NCBI GenBank assembly: GCA_944390315.1
Contig: CALXPO010000024.1
Span: 778 to 64,777 of the forward strand
Direction: 5' to 3'
From: an uncultured Alphaproteobacteria bacterium
Lineage (GTDB): Bacteria > Pseudomonadota > Alphaproteobacteria > RF32 > CAG-239
DNA: 64,000 nucleotides
Position numbers and translations under genes: made by a program. Below the pieces are notes generated by a model. That model did not search any database, was not told the origin of the DNA, and saw only the letters and a list, made by a program, of their open reading frames with translations. Position 1 is the first letter of the stretch, and each line of letters opens with the position of its first letter. Positions 47,334 through 58,410 of this stretch are shown piece after piece.

Positions 47334-47713
47334 TTACCTTTTGTTAACATTTATTAACCAAAGGTTAGCGTGAGTCCTAAAAAATTGCAATTCATGAATC
47401 CATTTGTTCACAAAGTTATACACATCTTAATTTTAATCTTTTATTAACCTTTGAATCTATGAGAAAAAATTTTTAATCTCAGACACGTATAAAAATATTT
47501 TTTCTTAAAATCTGATTTTTTTTATAATTTTTTTTATCTTTCTCATAGAATCGACAAAATGTGTAAATGGAAATTTTCAGTAAAACATGGGCTTCTCGTT
47601 TGCTTGACTCGTTTAGGGCAAAGGATATTCAATCTTCAACAAACTCGGGAATAATTTTATCACTAACAAAAAAAAAGCGGCCGCTAAGCCGCTTTTTTAT
47701 TGCACTAATAAAA

Positions 47714-48235
47714 TTACTTTTCCGCAGAACTTGCCGCTAAAATATCTAATAATTTTTTCGTGGCATCGCTTGAACTCATATGATTGCAAATTGCATATTC
47801 ATTTGACAATCTATCCAGAGCTTGCTCATAAATTTGGCGTTCGCTGTATGACTGTTCGGCCAAATTTTCACGTCTGTACAAATCTCTGACAACTTCGGCA
47901 ATGGCTACCGGACTCCCGGAGTTTATTTTATTTTCATATTCTTGTGCACGGCGTGACCACATAATTTTTCTCACTTTGGCTTTGCCTTTCAAAACACCGA
48001 GAGCCTCATCCATTGTGGAAGCCTCCGATATTTTGCGTAAACCGACACTTTCTGCTTTACTTAAAGGAACACGTAAAGTCATTTTATCTTTATCAAAATT
48101 AACAACAATAAGCTCCAACTCTGTTCCTGCTATTTTTTGTTTCGTGATATCGGCAACTTTACCGACCCCATGCGCCGGATAAACGACAAATTCTCCAGAA
48201 TTGAATGCAATCTTTGCTGTTGTTTTCTTGTTCAT
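47714..48235 (-). CDS. carD: CarD/CdnL-family transcriptional regulator (RNAP-binding).
   Basis: N-terminal RNAP-interacting domain (FNSGEFVVYPAHGVGKV). Confidence 0.85.
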   Translation of the reverse strand: MNKKTTAKIAFNSGEFVVYPAHGVGKVADITKQKIAGTELELIVVNFDKDKMTLRVPLSKAESVGLRKISEASTMDEALGVLKGKAKVRKIMWSRRAQEYENKINSGSPVAIAEVVRDLYRRENLAEQSYSERQIYEQALDRLSNEYAICNHMSSSDATKKLLDILAASSAEK

Positions 48236-48461
48236 TACCTATCTTCCCTCTTTGCTAAAATACTAAAATTAGGCCCTGTTTTATACAAAACAGAGCCTAA
48301 TATACCATATTTTTCGAACCAAATCCAGTACAAATTTTATATCTTTATAGTGCAATCCCAAAATATTGTCCAAATATTTTTTGCTATTATCTAAAATTTA
48401 GTTTATATTGACAAACAGATTTAATTATTAAAGATACGTTTTACTTAAAAATATTATTATA

Positions 48462-48833
48462 ATGAAAAAAATCACTTTTATTGTCTGCTTTTTAGCAATT
48501 GCAGCTGTTGTTTTGTGCGCCACCACAAAGAATGAAATACAACAAAAATCTTTATCTGACAATGAAGCCGCCATCTCTGAACAATCTCAAAAAGTAGTGG
48601 CTTGTTTTGTTGCAAACGGCATTTGGGAAACGGAACCAACCGCATATTCAGCCGCAGCTGCTTCCGTATCAGTCGCATACCTACTTCTTGATAACGATGA
48701 AGTGGTCATTATTTATCCCAAAATCCCTAATATCAGATACGCTGACGCCTGTCGATTTTTACCTCCTTTTTCTAAAGAAGAAGCTAAAATAATTCTTAAA
48801 GCGCAAATGGGACAACAGCCACTTTTTCACTAA
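48462..48833 (+). CDS. Hypothetical secreted protein.
   Basis: Signal peptide. No recognised domain. Confidence 0.45.
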   Translation: MKKITFIVCFLAIAAVVLCATTKNEIQQKSLSDNEAAISEQSQKVVACFVANGIWETEPTAYSAAAASVSVAYLLLDNDEVVIIYPKIPNIRYADACRFLPPFSKEEAKIILKAQMGQQPLFH

Positions 48834-48931
48834 AAATTGCGTAAAAAAAACACCTGACAGTATAATACACTGTCCGGTGTTTTTTTAGAGTTATATCATT
48901 TAATAAGTTTTAATACAAACTTTGTCTTACT

Positions 48932-49399
48932 CTATTTAGGAAACAATCCCGTTTGTCGTAAAGCCTCGCCTAAAACCATTGTTGCCGATACCGCTACATT
49001 GATTGAACGAGCGGCTTCCGTCATCGGTATGGTTAATCTGGCATCTACCGTATCATGCACAATTTCAGGAACACCGGCGCTTTCTCGACCTACCAACAAG
49101 ACATCATTGGGACGGAATTCAAATTTATAATAAGGTACCAGCGATTTTGTCGTCAGCAAAATAATTCGACCATATTCTTCAGGATGAGAATAAGCATAGT
49201 TGCAAAAATCATCCCAAGAATTGTGACGGCGATATTTCACTAAGTCCAAATAGTCCATCCCATAACGGCGCAATGCGCGCTCGTCGAATACAAAACCGCA
49301 AGGCTCTATAATATCGACTTCGACGTTAACACAGGCACCAAGCCTAAGCATGGTACCCGTGTTTTGCGGCATATCGGGTTGAAATAAAGCCAAACGCAT
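48932..49399 (-). CDS. trmL: tRNA (cytidine34/uridine34-2'-O)-methyltransferase TrmL (SpoU family).
   Basis: SPOUT motifs and TrmL length. Confidence 0.85.
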   Translation of the reverse strand: MRLALFQPDMPQNTGTMLRLGACVNVEVDIIEPCGFVFDERALRRYGMDYLDLVKYRRHNSWDDFCNYAYSHPEEYGRIILLTTKSLVPYYKFEFRPNDVLLVGRESAGVPEIVHDTVDARLTIPMTEAARSINVAVSATMVLGEALRQTGLFPK

Positions 49400-49400
49400 C

Positions 49401-52400
49401 TTATGCTCCTTTTTTCAAAACTTCGACATCAAAGTTCAGAACAACGCCTTCAATTTCGCCTTTGGTTCCGCCGGCGCATATTTCGACAACTTTCTCGCTG
49501 CTCGGAACTAAAACCTGAGATTTAATGTAGTCTTCGTTTTCTCTCAAAGCCTCTCTCAAAGTTTCATCTTCGGTCTGCCAGCAAAGTTTGATGCGGTCGG
49601 AAATATCAAAATCTTTTTCTTTACGCAGATTTTGAACCAAACGAACAAAATCACGAGCCATACCCTCTTTAGCCAGAGCCGGTGTTACCTCGGTATCAAG
49701 AACGACAACGGCTTTGTTATCGGCAAAAGATTTACCGGCCTTACCGCCCAAAATTTCCAAACGTTCTTCATACAAATCAGGTGAAAGTTCAATATCGGCA
49801 ATAACGATACCATCACCTTTTTCTTGCCAGCATACTTCACCAGACTTTTTATATTGATTATAGGCAGCCATGACTTTTCCCATGTCTTTACCTAACTTTT
49901 TACCCAAAAGCGGTGTGTAAAGGTATAAAGAACGGGCAGCATAGTTGGCAACATTTTCATCAATATTGACAGCCTTGACATTAAGTTCGTCTTTGATGAT
50001 TTCCTGATACTGCTGATTTAAAAATCCGAGATTTGAACCGGCGACGGTCAGGCTGGCCAAAGGCAAGCGGTTGCGCAAATTCTTTTCTTCACGAATAAAT
50101 TTGGCTGCCGAACACAAATCTTGAACAAAATCCATCTCACGAACTAAATCGTCATCAGATTTAATATCTTCAAGCAACGGGTAGTCGGTTAAATGTACCG
50201 ATGATTTGGCATCAACCAAAGCCTGATATACGTATTCGGTCGTAAACGGCATTAGCGGAGCCATAATCTTGCACAAATTAACCAAAACGGTATACAAAAC
50301 ATCAAAGGCCTGTTTGTCACCCTCCCAGAAGCGATCACGCGTACGACGAATATACCAGTTGTTCAAAACTTCCATAAACGAAGCAATTTCGTTACAAGAA
50401 TGCGCAACGTCATAAGTTTCAAGTCCATTCTTCACTTCAAAAGCCAACTTTTTCAGTTTTGCTAAAATATAATTATCCAAAAATTCACTCGATGAGCTGA
50501 CTTCTTTTGCTTTATAACCTTCTGCATTAGCATAAAGTGTGAAGAAATAAAAAGCATTCCACAACGGAATTTGTGCTATACGGGCGGCCTTGACAATTTC
50601 TTTACCTTCTTTATCCACAGCCACACAACCGCCTTTCAATACAGGCGATGAAACTAAAAACCAGCGCAAGGTGTCGGAACCTATTTTATCCAAAACTTCG
50701 TTCGGATCAGGATAATTTTTCAAACGTTTGGATAATTTTTGTCCTCCCTCTGCCATCAACAAGCCGGTACAAATACAGTTTTTGAATGCCGGTTTATGAT
50801 GCAAAGCCGTTGATAATACGGTCAAAGTATAGAACCAACCACGGGTCTGATCCATAGCTTCGACGATAAAATCGGCAGGAAAATGTTTTTCAAACCATTC
50901 TTTATTTTCAAAAGGATAGTGAATTTGTGCATAAGGCATTGAACCGGATTCGAACCAACAGTCAAATACGTCAGAGACACGGCGCATCATGCTTTTACCG
51001 GTCGGATCTTTTGAGTTGGGATAAACCACTTCGTCAATATACGGCTTATGCAAATCGGTTACTTCTATACCTGTTTTTTCTTTGATTTCGGCGATAGAAC
51101 CGAAAACATCAATATTCGGATATTTCGGATCATCTGATTTCCATACCGGAATCGGCGTTCCCCAGAAACGGTTACGAGATATAGACCAATCTCTGGCACC
51201 TTCCAGCCATTTTCCGAATCGTCCGTCTTTGATATGTTCGGGCACCCAATTGATTTGTTGATTGAGTTTGACCATTTCATCTCTGAACTCGGTAACTTTT
51301 ACAAACCAAGAAGACATCGCTTTATAAATCAGCGGTGTATCCGTACGCCAACAGAAAGGATAAGAGTGGGTGTATTGCTCTTTTTTGACCAATAAGCCGT
51401 TTTGCTTTAACCACTGCATAATCGGTTCATTTGTTTCAAATACCTGTTTGCCTTCATAATCCGGAACTTCCGAAGTAAATTTACCTGCCTCGTCAACAGG
51501 GCATACAATCGGAAAGTTTTCGTCATAAGCGCGGCAAGCCTCAAAGTCGTCTTGACCAAAACCGGGAGCAATATGAACAACACCGGTACCGTCTTCGGTA
51601 GATACAAAATCGCCTGCCAAAACTTTGAAGGCTCCTTTCTCTTTTAAATGTTTAAAGTAAGGGAACATCGGTTCATAACTTAAACCGATTAAATCGGCGC
51701 CCTTTATTGTGCCAACTCTTTGAGCATGCTCGAGTTGTTTTTTATAGCGACCTAGCAAGGCTTCTGCCAAAATATATTTTTGACCGTCCTCTTCCATAAC
51801 GGCATAGTCGATATCTTTACCAACGGCCAACATAAGATTTGAAGGCAAAGTCCAAGGTGTGGTTGTCCAGACCAAAATATTCATACCGTTTTCGAGCTTA
51901 AACATAACGGTAATGGCATTATCGGTTTTATCCTGATATCCTTGATTGACCTCAAAGTTTGAAAGCGGTGTTTCGGCTGCCCAAGAATAAGGCAACACTC
52001 TAAAATCTTCATAAATCAAACCTTTGTCGTATAAATCCTTGAAATTATGGATTACACTTTCCATAAAAGACAAGTCCATGGTTTTATAGTCGTGAGAAAA
52101 ATCGACCCAACGACCGATGCGCTTAAACATATCGACCCAAATACCCGAATATTTGAGCACATCCTGACGACAGAAATTATTAAATTTTTCGACACCGAAC
52201 GCTTCTATTTGCTTGCGCCCCGAAACGCCCAGTTGTTTCTCGGCAGACATTTCGGCCGGCAAGCCGTGACAGTCCCAACCTAGACGGCGGTCGACCTTTT
52301 TGCCGTTCATGGTTTGAAAACGAGCGACAACGTCTTTAACATAGGAAATCATAATATGACCGTAGTGCGGGGTTCCGTTGGCAAACGGAGGACCGTCGTA

Positions 52401-52538
52401 AAACACAAATTCGGCCGCACCGTCTCGGTTATGCACCGATTTTTCAAAAGTTTTATCTTCTTCCCAAAATTTGAGAACATTTTTTTCCATTGCGGCAAAA
52501 TCCGGCTTTGCCTGTTGCTCAGCATAATGTTTTGTCAT
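49401..52538 (-). CDS. ileS: Isoleucine--tRNA ligase, eukaryote-like type 2.
   Basis: PPFANGTPHYGH (HIGH region, type-2 flavour) and KLSKRL (KMSKS). 1045 aa. Confidence 0.95.
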   Translation of the reverse strand: MTKHYAEQQAKPDFAAMEKNVLKFWEEDKTFEKSVHNRDGAAEFVFYDGPPFANGTPHYGHIMISYVKDVVARFQTMNGKKVDRRLGWDCHGLPAEMSAEKQLGVSGRKQIEAFGVEKFNNFCRQDVLKYSGIWVDMFKRIGRWVDFSHDYKTMDLSFMESVIHNFKDLYDKGLIYEDFRVLPYSWAAETPLSNFEVNQGYQDKTDNAITVMFKLENGMNILVWTTTPWTLPSNLMLAVGKDIDYAVMEEDGQKYILAEALLGRYKKQLEHAQRVGTIKGADLIGLSYEPMFPYFKHLKEKGAFKVLAGDFVSTEDGTGVVHIAPGFGQDDFEACRAYDENFPIVCPVDEAGKFTSEVPDYEGKQVFETNEPIMQWLKQNGLLVKKEQYTHSYPFCWRTDTPLIYKAMSSWFVKVTEFRDEMVKLNQQINWVPEHIKDGRFGKWLEGARDWSISRNRFWGTPIPVWKSDDPKYPNIDVFGSIAEIKEKTGIEVTDLHKPYIDEVVYPNSKDPTGKSMMRRVSDVFDCWFESGSMPYAQIHYPFENKEWFEKHFPADFIVEAMDQTRGWFYTLTVLSTALHHKPAFKNCICTGLLMAEGGQKLSKRLKNYPDPNEVLDKIGSDTLRWFLVSSPVLKGGCVAVDKEGKEIVKAARIAQIPLWNAFYFFTLYANAEGYKAKEVSSSSEFLDNYILAKLKKLAFEVKNGLETYDVAHSCNEIASFMEVLNNWYIRRTRDRFWEGDKQAFDVLYTVLVNLCKIMAPLMPFTTEYVYQALVDAKSSVHLTDYPLLEDIKSDDDLVREMDFVQDLCSAAKFIREEKNLRNRLPLASLTVAGSNLGFLNQQYQEIIKDELNVKAVNIDENVANYAARSLYLYTPLLGKKLGKDMGKVMAAYNQYKKSGEVCWQEKGDGIVIADIELSPDLYEERLEILGGKAGKSFADNKAVVVLDTEVTPALAKEGMARDFVRLVQNLRKEKDFDISDRIKLCWQTEDETLREALRENEDYIKSQVLVPSSEKVVEICAGGTKGEIEGVVLNFDVEVLKKGA

Positions 52539-52846
52539 TATTCCAATACCCTAAAACTTGATAAATAAATTTTTACAAATTACAAATGAATGTGATTTTA
52601 GATTTTTTTTGAATTTTATGTGCACAAATATAATCCCCTTAGGGGATAATAATCGAGAAGAAATGTATAAAATTACTGCACATATTGCTTTTTCCTATTA
52701 TCATCTTTCGGCATGGTAATTTAATACATTCGTCCAGCCGAGTCAAGCACTTATAATTTTCTTTTACCATTAACAAAGCCTTTTATATTTTATGCAAAAA
52801 AAAGAGCATCAAACTGATGCTCTTTTTTTTGCACTACCGCTGTCTT

Positions 52847-53422
52847 TTACTTGCGAGCAAATTTTCCGACTTTTTTTTGCTCGTCTTTTTTAGCTCGCAT
52901 TTCTCCGTAATACGGGGGCAGGAACGGTACCAACTCGTTATTGAACTTCATGTTCACACGCCAACCATGCTTATCTTGCGGATTGGGATTGCCGGCATGC
53001 CGTTCTTCGCGGATGGTCATATATTCCGAAATCGGAACAAACTCATCCATGTCGACATACATTCCTTGAAGTGTATTGGGAACATATGTCATGCGCGGCA
53101 TTAACGACTGTGTCAGAAGAGCGTTTACCGGACCGAAGAAGGTAACGACGGCTCCGTCGGGAACTTTGTCTTTTACTTCGTACTTATACCCATTAACCGT
53201 GATAAACTTCAGACCATCGGATTCGATATATACCGATGTTTTGTTCTCTTCATGATGCAGGTCGACCAGAGTAAATTGTCCGTCCTCTTCTTTGCCTTCA
53301 ATGCGCCAACGTTTACCATCAAGATTTTTCATCTTGTATAACAGCACCTTCGTTGTTTGGGTGATGTTAAAGTAAAAAAAGCTGGTGGCTGTTTTTTCTC
53401 TTTGTTCTACTAGATTGTTCAT
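52847..53422 (-). CDS. Hypothetical protein (191 aa).
   Basis: ORF with a bidirectional terminator downstream (52795-52832). No domain recognised. Confidence 0.45.
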   Translation of the reverse strand: MNNLVEQREKTATSFFYFNITQTTKVLLYKMKNLDGKRWRIEGKEEDGQFTLVDLHHEENKTSVYIESDGLKFITVNGYKYEVKDKVPDGAVVTFFGPVNALLTQSLMPRMTYVPNTLQGMYVDMDEFVPISEYMTIREERHAGNPNPQDKHGWRVNMKFNNELVPFLPPYYGEMRAKKDEQKKVGKFARK

Positions 53423-53521
53423 AAAGCATATAATTTTTAGTACTAAAATAATTTTTTGATATTATGATATTACATGTAAATTTTCTTTTTATCAAGCATT
53501 TTTGTCAAATTTTCGGAAAAA

Positions 53522-54319
53522 TTATTCAAAATTTATAACAACGATTTCGGGAACGGCAAAAAAGCGTATCGGCAGCACGCTGGTGCCCAGTCCGACACTT
53601 ACAATCATATTTTTCTTTCCTTCCTTTATGTGTCCCCGCAAATATTTTTGTCCGAAACGTGAATTGGAAATCGGCGCGCCCAAAAAAGGAATATAAATCT
53701 GCCCGCCGTGCGTATGACCGGCTAAAGTCAGCACGACATTATCCGGTACTTCGGCAAAAATATCGGGAGAATGAGAAAGCAAAATTATCGGCTCTTGCGC
53801 ATTTTGCAGTGTTCGGGGCAAATTCGGAGTTCCGGTTTTAATATCCTCCACCCCGCCGACATAAAATTTTTTATTATTAAAACTCAGCTCCAGTCCGGAA
53901 TTGGCAAAAACCCAAATACCTGCCCATTTTAAGCACTGTTTAACGGTTTTCTTGTCATAATAAGAATCGTGATTACCCATTACGGCAAATACACCGAGCG
54001 GAGCTTTAATCTGCTCTAAGCTTTTTCCTATCTCCAAAATGTTCATGGAGCGCTCGGGCCAGTGCCCGCAAACATAATCTCCGCCCAAAAACACAATATC
54101 TGCTTTTTGAGCATTGATAACCTCCACTATTTTATCAAGCCTTTTTTGCTCATTAACGCCGATGTGAAAATCGGAAGCAAACACCGCTTTCAGTCCCTTA
54201 AGTTCGGAACAGGCGACATTGTATGTTTTGACTTTCAATCGTTTGGGCTCAACCCCAAATCCCCAAAACAAGATTATCAAAGGCAATAGGGTACATATCA
54301 TCAACAAATTTTGCATCAA
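53522..54319 (-). CDS. Calcineurin-like metallophosphoesterase with an N-terminal TM anchor.
   Basis: GDYV, GNHD and GHTHGGQ phosphoesterase motifs. Confidence 0.8.
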   Translation of the reverse strand: MMQNLLMICTLLPLIILFWGFGVEPKRLKVKTYNVACSELKGLKAVFASDFHIGVNEQKRLDKIVEVINAQKADIVFLGGDYVCGHWPERSMNILEIGKSLEQIKAPLGVFAVMGNHDSYYDKKTVKQCLKWAGIWVFANSGLELSFNNKKFYVGGVEDIKTGTPNLPRTLQNAQEPIILLSHSPDIFAEVPDNVVLTLAGHTHGGQIYIPFLGAPISNSRFGQKYLRGHIKEGKKNMIVSVGLGTSVLPIRFFAVPEIVVINFE

Positions 54320-54464
54320 AAAGATCTTTCTGTTCCTGTCATTTAAAAAAAATTAGCAGTTCAAACGAATAAAAGCAACCGCTTTTCAGCCTAAATGTAA
54401 AAAATGATGACTTTTTCAAAATTTTAGTTTATAATGCTGCGAGTTTCAACAAAGATGAGTCATA

Positions 54465-55106
54465 ATGAAAAAGATTGTATCGGCCGAAGTTGCCGGAAAA
54501 CTTATTAATGAAAATGATACCGTAATGATTGGCGGTTTTTTACGTTGCGGTGCACCGGTAAAAGTTATTGAGGAAATTATAAAAAACAAAATCGGAAATT
54601 TGACTCTTATAAGTAATGATACAAGTTTTCCTGATCATGACCGCGGCAAATTAATCGTCCACAAGCTCGTTAAAAAAGCCATCGTCACTCACATCGGCAC
54701 CAATCCCGAAACCTGTCGACAAATGAACGCCGGTGAGTTGGAAGTTGAACTGGTACCGATGGGCACTTTAATTGAACGTATTCGCTGCGGCGGCGCAGGT
54801 TTGGGCGGTGTTCTGACTCCTACCGGTGTCGGAACATTGATTGAAAAAGGTAAAACCATCATTGAGCAAGACGGCAAAAAATATTTGTTAGAAAAACCGC
54901 TTACTGCCAATGTTGCCATTGTTTACGCTACCAAAGCCGACAAATTCGGTAATTTGTTTTTGGACGGCACAACCCGTAATTTTAATACCATTATGCCGAC
55001 CGCTGCCGATGTAGTCATTGCCGAAGCCGACGAAATTTGTGACGAACCGCTTAATCCCGCCGAAATTAATGTACCGGGAATTTTTGTAGATTATATCGTT
55101 AAGTGA
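54465..55106 (+). CDS. scoA: 3-oxoacid CoA-transferase subunit A.
   Basis: CoA-transferase family I alpha subunit (MIGGF...). Confidence 0.8.
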   Translation: MKKIVSAEVAGKLINENDTVMIGGFLRCGAPVKVIEEIIKNKIGNLTLISNDTSFPDHDRGKLIVHKLVKKAIVTHIGTNPETCRQMNAGELEVELVPMGTLIERIRCGGAGLGGVLTPTGVGTLIEKGKTIIEQDGKKYLLEKPLTANVAIVYATKADKFGNLFLDGTTRNFNTIMPTAADVVIAEADEICDEPLNPAEINVPGIFVDYIVK

Positions 55107-55112
55107 GGAAAT

Positions 55113-55775
55113 ATGCTGACCAAAGAACAATCTCGCGAAATTATCGCGAAAAGAATTGCCAAGGAACTAAAAGACGGAGATGTAGTGACTTTGGGTATTG
55201 GATTACCTACCGAAGTTGCAAACTATATCGACCATAATGTCCATATTATCTTTCAATCCGAAAACGGCATGACCGGCGTTTGGACAAAAGATAGCCAGCC
55301 CTCGCTTAATCCAAAAATCACAAACGCCGGCGGCATTCCCGTATCCCCAAAGCCAGGAGTTTGTTTTTTTGATACCCAAATGTCCTTTACCATGATTAGA
55401 GGCGGTCATGTTAATGCGACTGTACTTGGAGCCTTGCAAGTTGATGCTCAGGGAAATTTGGCAAATTGGATGATTCCGGGAGCTTTTGTTCCCGGTATGG
55501 GCGGTGCCATGGATTTGGTTGTCGGTGCCAAAAAGGTGATTATCGCCATGGAACATACCAACAAAGGTGAGCCTCGCATTTTGGAAAAATGCACATTGCC
55601 TTTGACCGCCGCCGGTGAAGTTAATTTGATTGTTACCGAACGCGCCGTTATTGAAGTTACGCCGCAAGGTTTACTCTTAAAAGAAATTAATCCGCTGTTT
55701 TCCTTAGATGAAGTTATCGCTTCGACTGGAGCTAAGCTGATTATTGACGATGCCTTAATCCAAAAAGCCGCTTAA
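55113..55775 (+). CDS. scoB: 3-oxoacid CoA-transferase subunit B.
   Basis: SENG catalytic glutamate motif plus family-wide similarity. Confidence 0.8.
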   Translation: MLTKEQSREIIAKRIAKELKDGDVVTLGIGLPTEVANYIDHNVHIIFQSENGMTGVWTKDSQPSLNPKITNAGGIPVSPKPGVCFFDTQMSFTMIRGGHVNATVLGALQVDAQGNLANWMIPGAFVPGMGGAMDLVVGAKKVIIAMEHTNKGEPRILEKCTLPLTAAGEVNLIVTERAVIEVTPQGLLLKEINPLFSLDEVIASTGAKLIIDDALIQKAA

Positions 55776-55846
55776 ATTTTATCGTAACTAAATTGTTTAA
55801 AAAGCAAAGAGCTTGTTCCAATCAGAAACAAGCTCTTTGCCTACGC

Positions 55847-56272
55847 CTAATAAAGCTTAGTCTTAGCCAGACCTTCACTCCACCAAGAAGTAAAATAGAT
55901 ATCGGCTATATAGCTTTTAGGCTTTACCAGTCTTCTGCCGTTTTCACCGATAAAGATGAAATCCTTACCTTCGGAAAAGCGACTGGCTTCAATCGTTTCG
56001 CGCTTGATGATGCCTGTCGAAAGCTCAGAAAAAATGCGACGTTCGGCAATATCAATGTATTTGTCGGAACGCCCGATTTTTGCTCCCAGACGATAATCAA
56101 TTCCGTCTGAAGTTGTTTTCTGAATGATGCACCACCTTAAACTCCTGCACTTGGGGATGTTGAAATACTTCCGCAAGAACAGGTACGAATTGAAATAACG
56201 ATTATTATTCATAAAAATAAATAAATTATAATATTTACATAAGAATTTTACATCTTTTTTCCTTAAAGTCAA
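55847..56272 (-). CDS. Hypothetical protein. The N-terminal roughly 20 aa may be spurious and extend into the AT-rich promoter region.
   Basis: ORF only. Terminator-like hairpin at 55806-55843 downstream. Confidence 0.3.
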   Translation of the reverse strand: MTLRKKDVKFLCKYYNLFIFMNNNRYFNSYLFLRKYFNIPKCRSLRWCIIQKTTSDGIDYRLGAKIGRSDKYIDIAERRIFSELSTGIIKRETIEASRFSEGKDFIFIGENGRRLVKPKSYIADIYFTSWWSEGLAKTKLY

Positions 56273-56364
56273 GCCGCTTTTGTCATATTTTTGTACAAAA
56301 TGTTGACAGTACCTTAATTATCTAATATCATATATTATATACAGTTTATCAATGGAGACAAAAA

Positions 56365-57987
56365 ATGGTCGCTAAATCAGTCAAGAAAAAGCCCTCCCAC
56401 AAAAATTTATCTTTAGAAACAAGAATTATTACAACTTTTGCTCTTATCGAATTTTTTAAAACCGATGCCAAAAATATTAGTGGAAATGATTTGCAAGAAA
56501 TCCTTGATAAAATTAATCAGCTAACTCAGCAAGCCTATGATAATGACGATATGCAAGCCTTTGATATTCTTCGTGAGCATAATCTTGACGGCATTAGCAA
56601 TATTAGTGAACTTAAAAGCAAAATCCACCGCAATCGAGTCATAAATATGTACAAACAACTCGGCTACTTCGGATTATCTCAAGGTACTACCAAAGAATAC
56701 CAAATGTCATCCATTGAAACTTTAGCAACCATGATGTATGTTGCTAATGTAAAAAATGCCGATGAAATCGCAGAAAAACTTGTTACTAAAACTTTAACCG
56801 ATGAGGAAGCCGAGCTCTTACAAGCAAATATTTCCGGAGGATTGGGAAATCTTAAAAAATGCCTTATTAAAGACTTTGAAAGATATAAATATAAAAATCA
56901 AGCCAATCCTATAATCTCAGAAATAGCTAAAGATATTGAAGAGTATGTTTTTGATGAAAATAAAAAAATCCAAGTATCTTATAAAGTAAAAGATTCCAAA
57001 AAACCTTTTCGAAAAAAATTACGCGAAAATTTTAATACTTCCTCTAAACCTGAATTTCTCAAACTTATCGGTACTATGCTTACAGAAGGCAAAAATGCGG
57101 CTCAAGCAAGTTCTCGTGCTTCAAATTATAACCAATTTTGCCAGATTTTATCTAATCAATATCCTCAAAAAGATATTAATAAACTTGTGGACAATGCTCT
57201 CGGAATATCAATATCAGAAGCCGATAAAGAAAAAGCTGAACAACTCCGAATCGACGCTTACAGAAAAAAATGCGAAAATCTTTATTTCAAAACCGTGGCC
57301 GGAATGCTCTCACAAAAATATGAATATAATCAAACTCATAAAATTCAAACCGACTATGATGTCTACTTAAAAATTATAGATTCTCGCTATATAAAGGATT
57401 TGTGTGACGGTAAAAACAATGTTTATATGCTAGCTTTTCAGGATCCTGACTATCAACAACAATACGAAAATATGGCTGCTGAAAAAAAACTTAATAAAGA
57501 ATTCAGAGATGACACAGCCGAAAAACAACTGATTTCTGTTCATCATAATACCGTGACCATAGGATCTGCATACGATTTTTGCAGTAAATTTTTTCCTACC
57601 TTTGACGAGGAACAAAAAATGCAAAAATGCACCGAGTTGGCAAATATTTTCGGAAATTTCACCTATGTTATAGGACAAGATGTACACCAATCCCTTGAAC
57701 CTCAAGGTACAATCGAAATCGGCGCTACTCCTAAGTCTATGCTCATGGCTACCAACATTGACCCTCAGGCCTTAAAAAATATATCACCTGCATTACCAAA
57801 GTACATGCAAGAAGGATTAAAACAACGTTTTAAATTCAACAATAATGATATCAATAAAAGAAGAGTATATGAATATATGCAACTTCCCGAAGCCAAAGAT
57901 ATTACTTTCTTACGGCAAAATGTTATTAAAGATAAACAACATGTTTCTGCCATGCAAAAATTCACTCGTTATAATAAAGAATATTAA
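56365..57987 (+). CDS. Hypothetical 540-aa orphan protein in a low-GC island. No signal peptide. Candidate effector.
   Basis: Long uninterrupted ORF with a plausible RBS. GC is markedly below flanking core genes. Bidirectional terminator at 58090-58126. Confidence 0.5.
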   Translation: MVAKSVKKKPSHKNLSLETRIITTFALIEFFKTDAKNISGNDLQEILDKINQLTQQAYDNDDMQAFDILREHNLDGISNISELKSKIHRNRVINMYKQLGYFGLSQGTTKEYQMSSIETLATMMYVANVKNADEIAEKLVTKTLTDEEAELLQANISGGLGNLKKCLIKDFERYKYKNQANPIISEIAKDIEEYVFDENKKIQVSYKVKDSKKPFRKKLRENFNTSSKPEFLKLIGTMLTEGKNAAQASSRASNYNQFCQILSNQYPQKDINKLVDNALGISISEADKEKAEQLRIDAYRKKCENLYFKTVAGMLSQKYEYNQTHKIQTDYDVYLKIIDSRYIKDLCDGKNNVYMLAFQDPDYQQQYENMAAEKKLNKEFRDDTAEKQLISVHHNTVTIGSAYDFCSKFFPTFDEEQKMQKCTELANIFGNFTYVIGQDVHQSLEPQGTIEIGATPKSMLMATNIDPQALKNISPALPKYMQEGLKQRFKFNNNDINKRRVYEYMQLPEAKDITFLRQNVIKDKQHVSAMQKFTRYNKEY

Positions 57988-58134
57988 AATATTTGTATAT
58001 CAGTCTACACACTCTGTATTTGATATATGGCTTTTACCGGAAAATAACATTTTCTATCAGTTTATCAGTCGGCATCAGAGCAAGGAATTTAACAAAAAAC
58101 CCGACGATTACTTGCCGTAATCATCGGGTGTTTT

Positions 58135-58410
58135 TTACTGTGGACCGACAGGCTTGCCGTTCAGACGAATGTCCGTAACTAGGGTGCCGTCTTTATCCTT
58201 GGATTGAAAAATAGAGAAACTATCTCCCGCCTTCGGACGTCCAGAATGCTTAAAATAGCTCTTATATATCTCTATCTTTGTTCCATCTTCGAAAAACAAA
58301 GTATAAAGATAATTGCTTGTCATGACTTTTTTAATTTCTGCCTTGATAAGTGCCATAATAATAAAATTTAGTGTATTCAGTTTATCGCCATATAGCACTT
58401 TTGTCAACAA
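58135..58410 (-). CDS. Hypothetical small protein downstream of tyrS.
   Basis: ORF only. Overlaps the tyrS stop by 7 nt. Confidence 0.35.
   Translation of the reverse strand: MLTKVLYGDKLNTLNFIIMALIKAEIKKVMTSNYLYTLFFEDGTKIEIYKSYFKHSGRPKAGDSFSIFQSKDKDGTLVTDIRLNGKPVGPQ

Noticed and set aside
47365-47381. 17-mer GTTAGCGTGAGTCCTAA also seen (1 mismatch) at about 62760 inside the ankyrin gene
   Set aside because: It is a single short match with one coding and one intergenic occurrence, most likely chance. There is no extended similarity.
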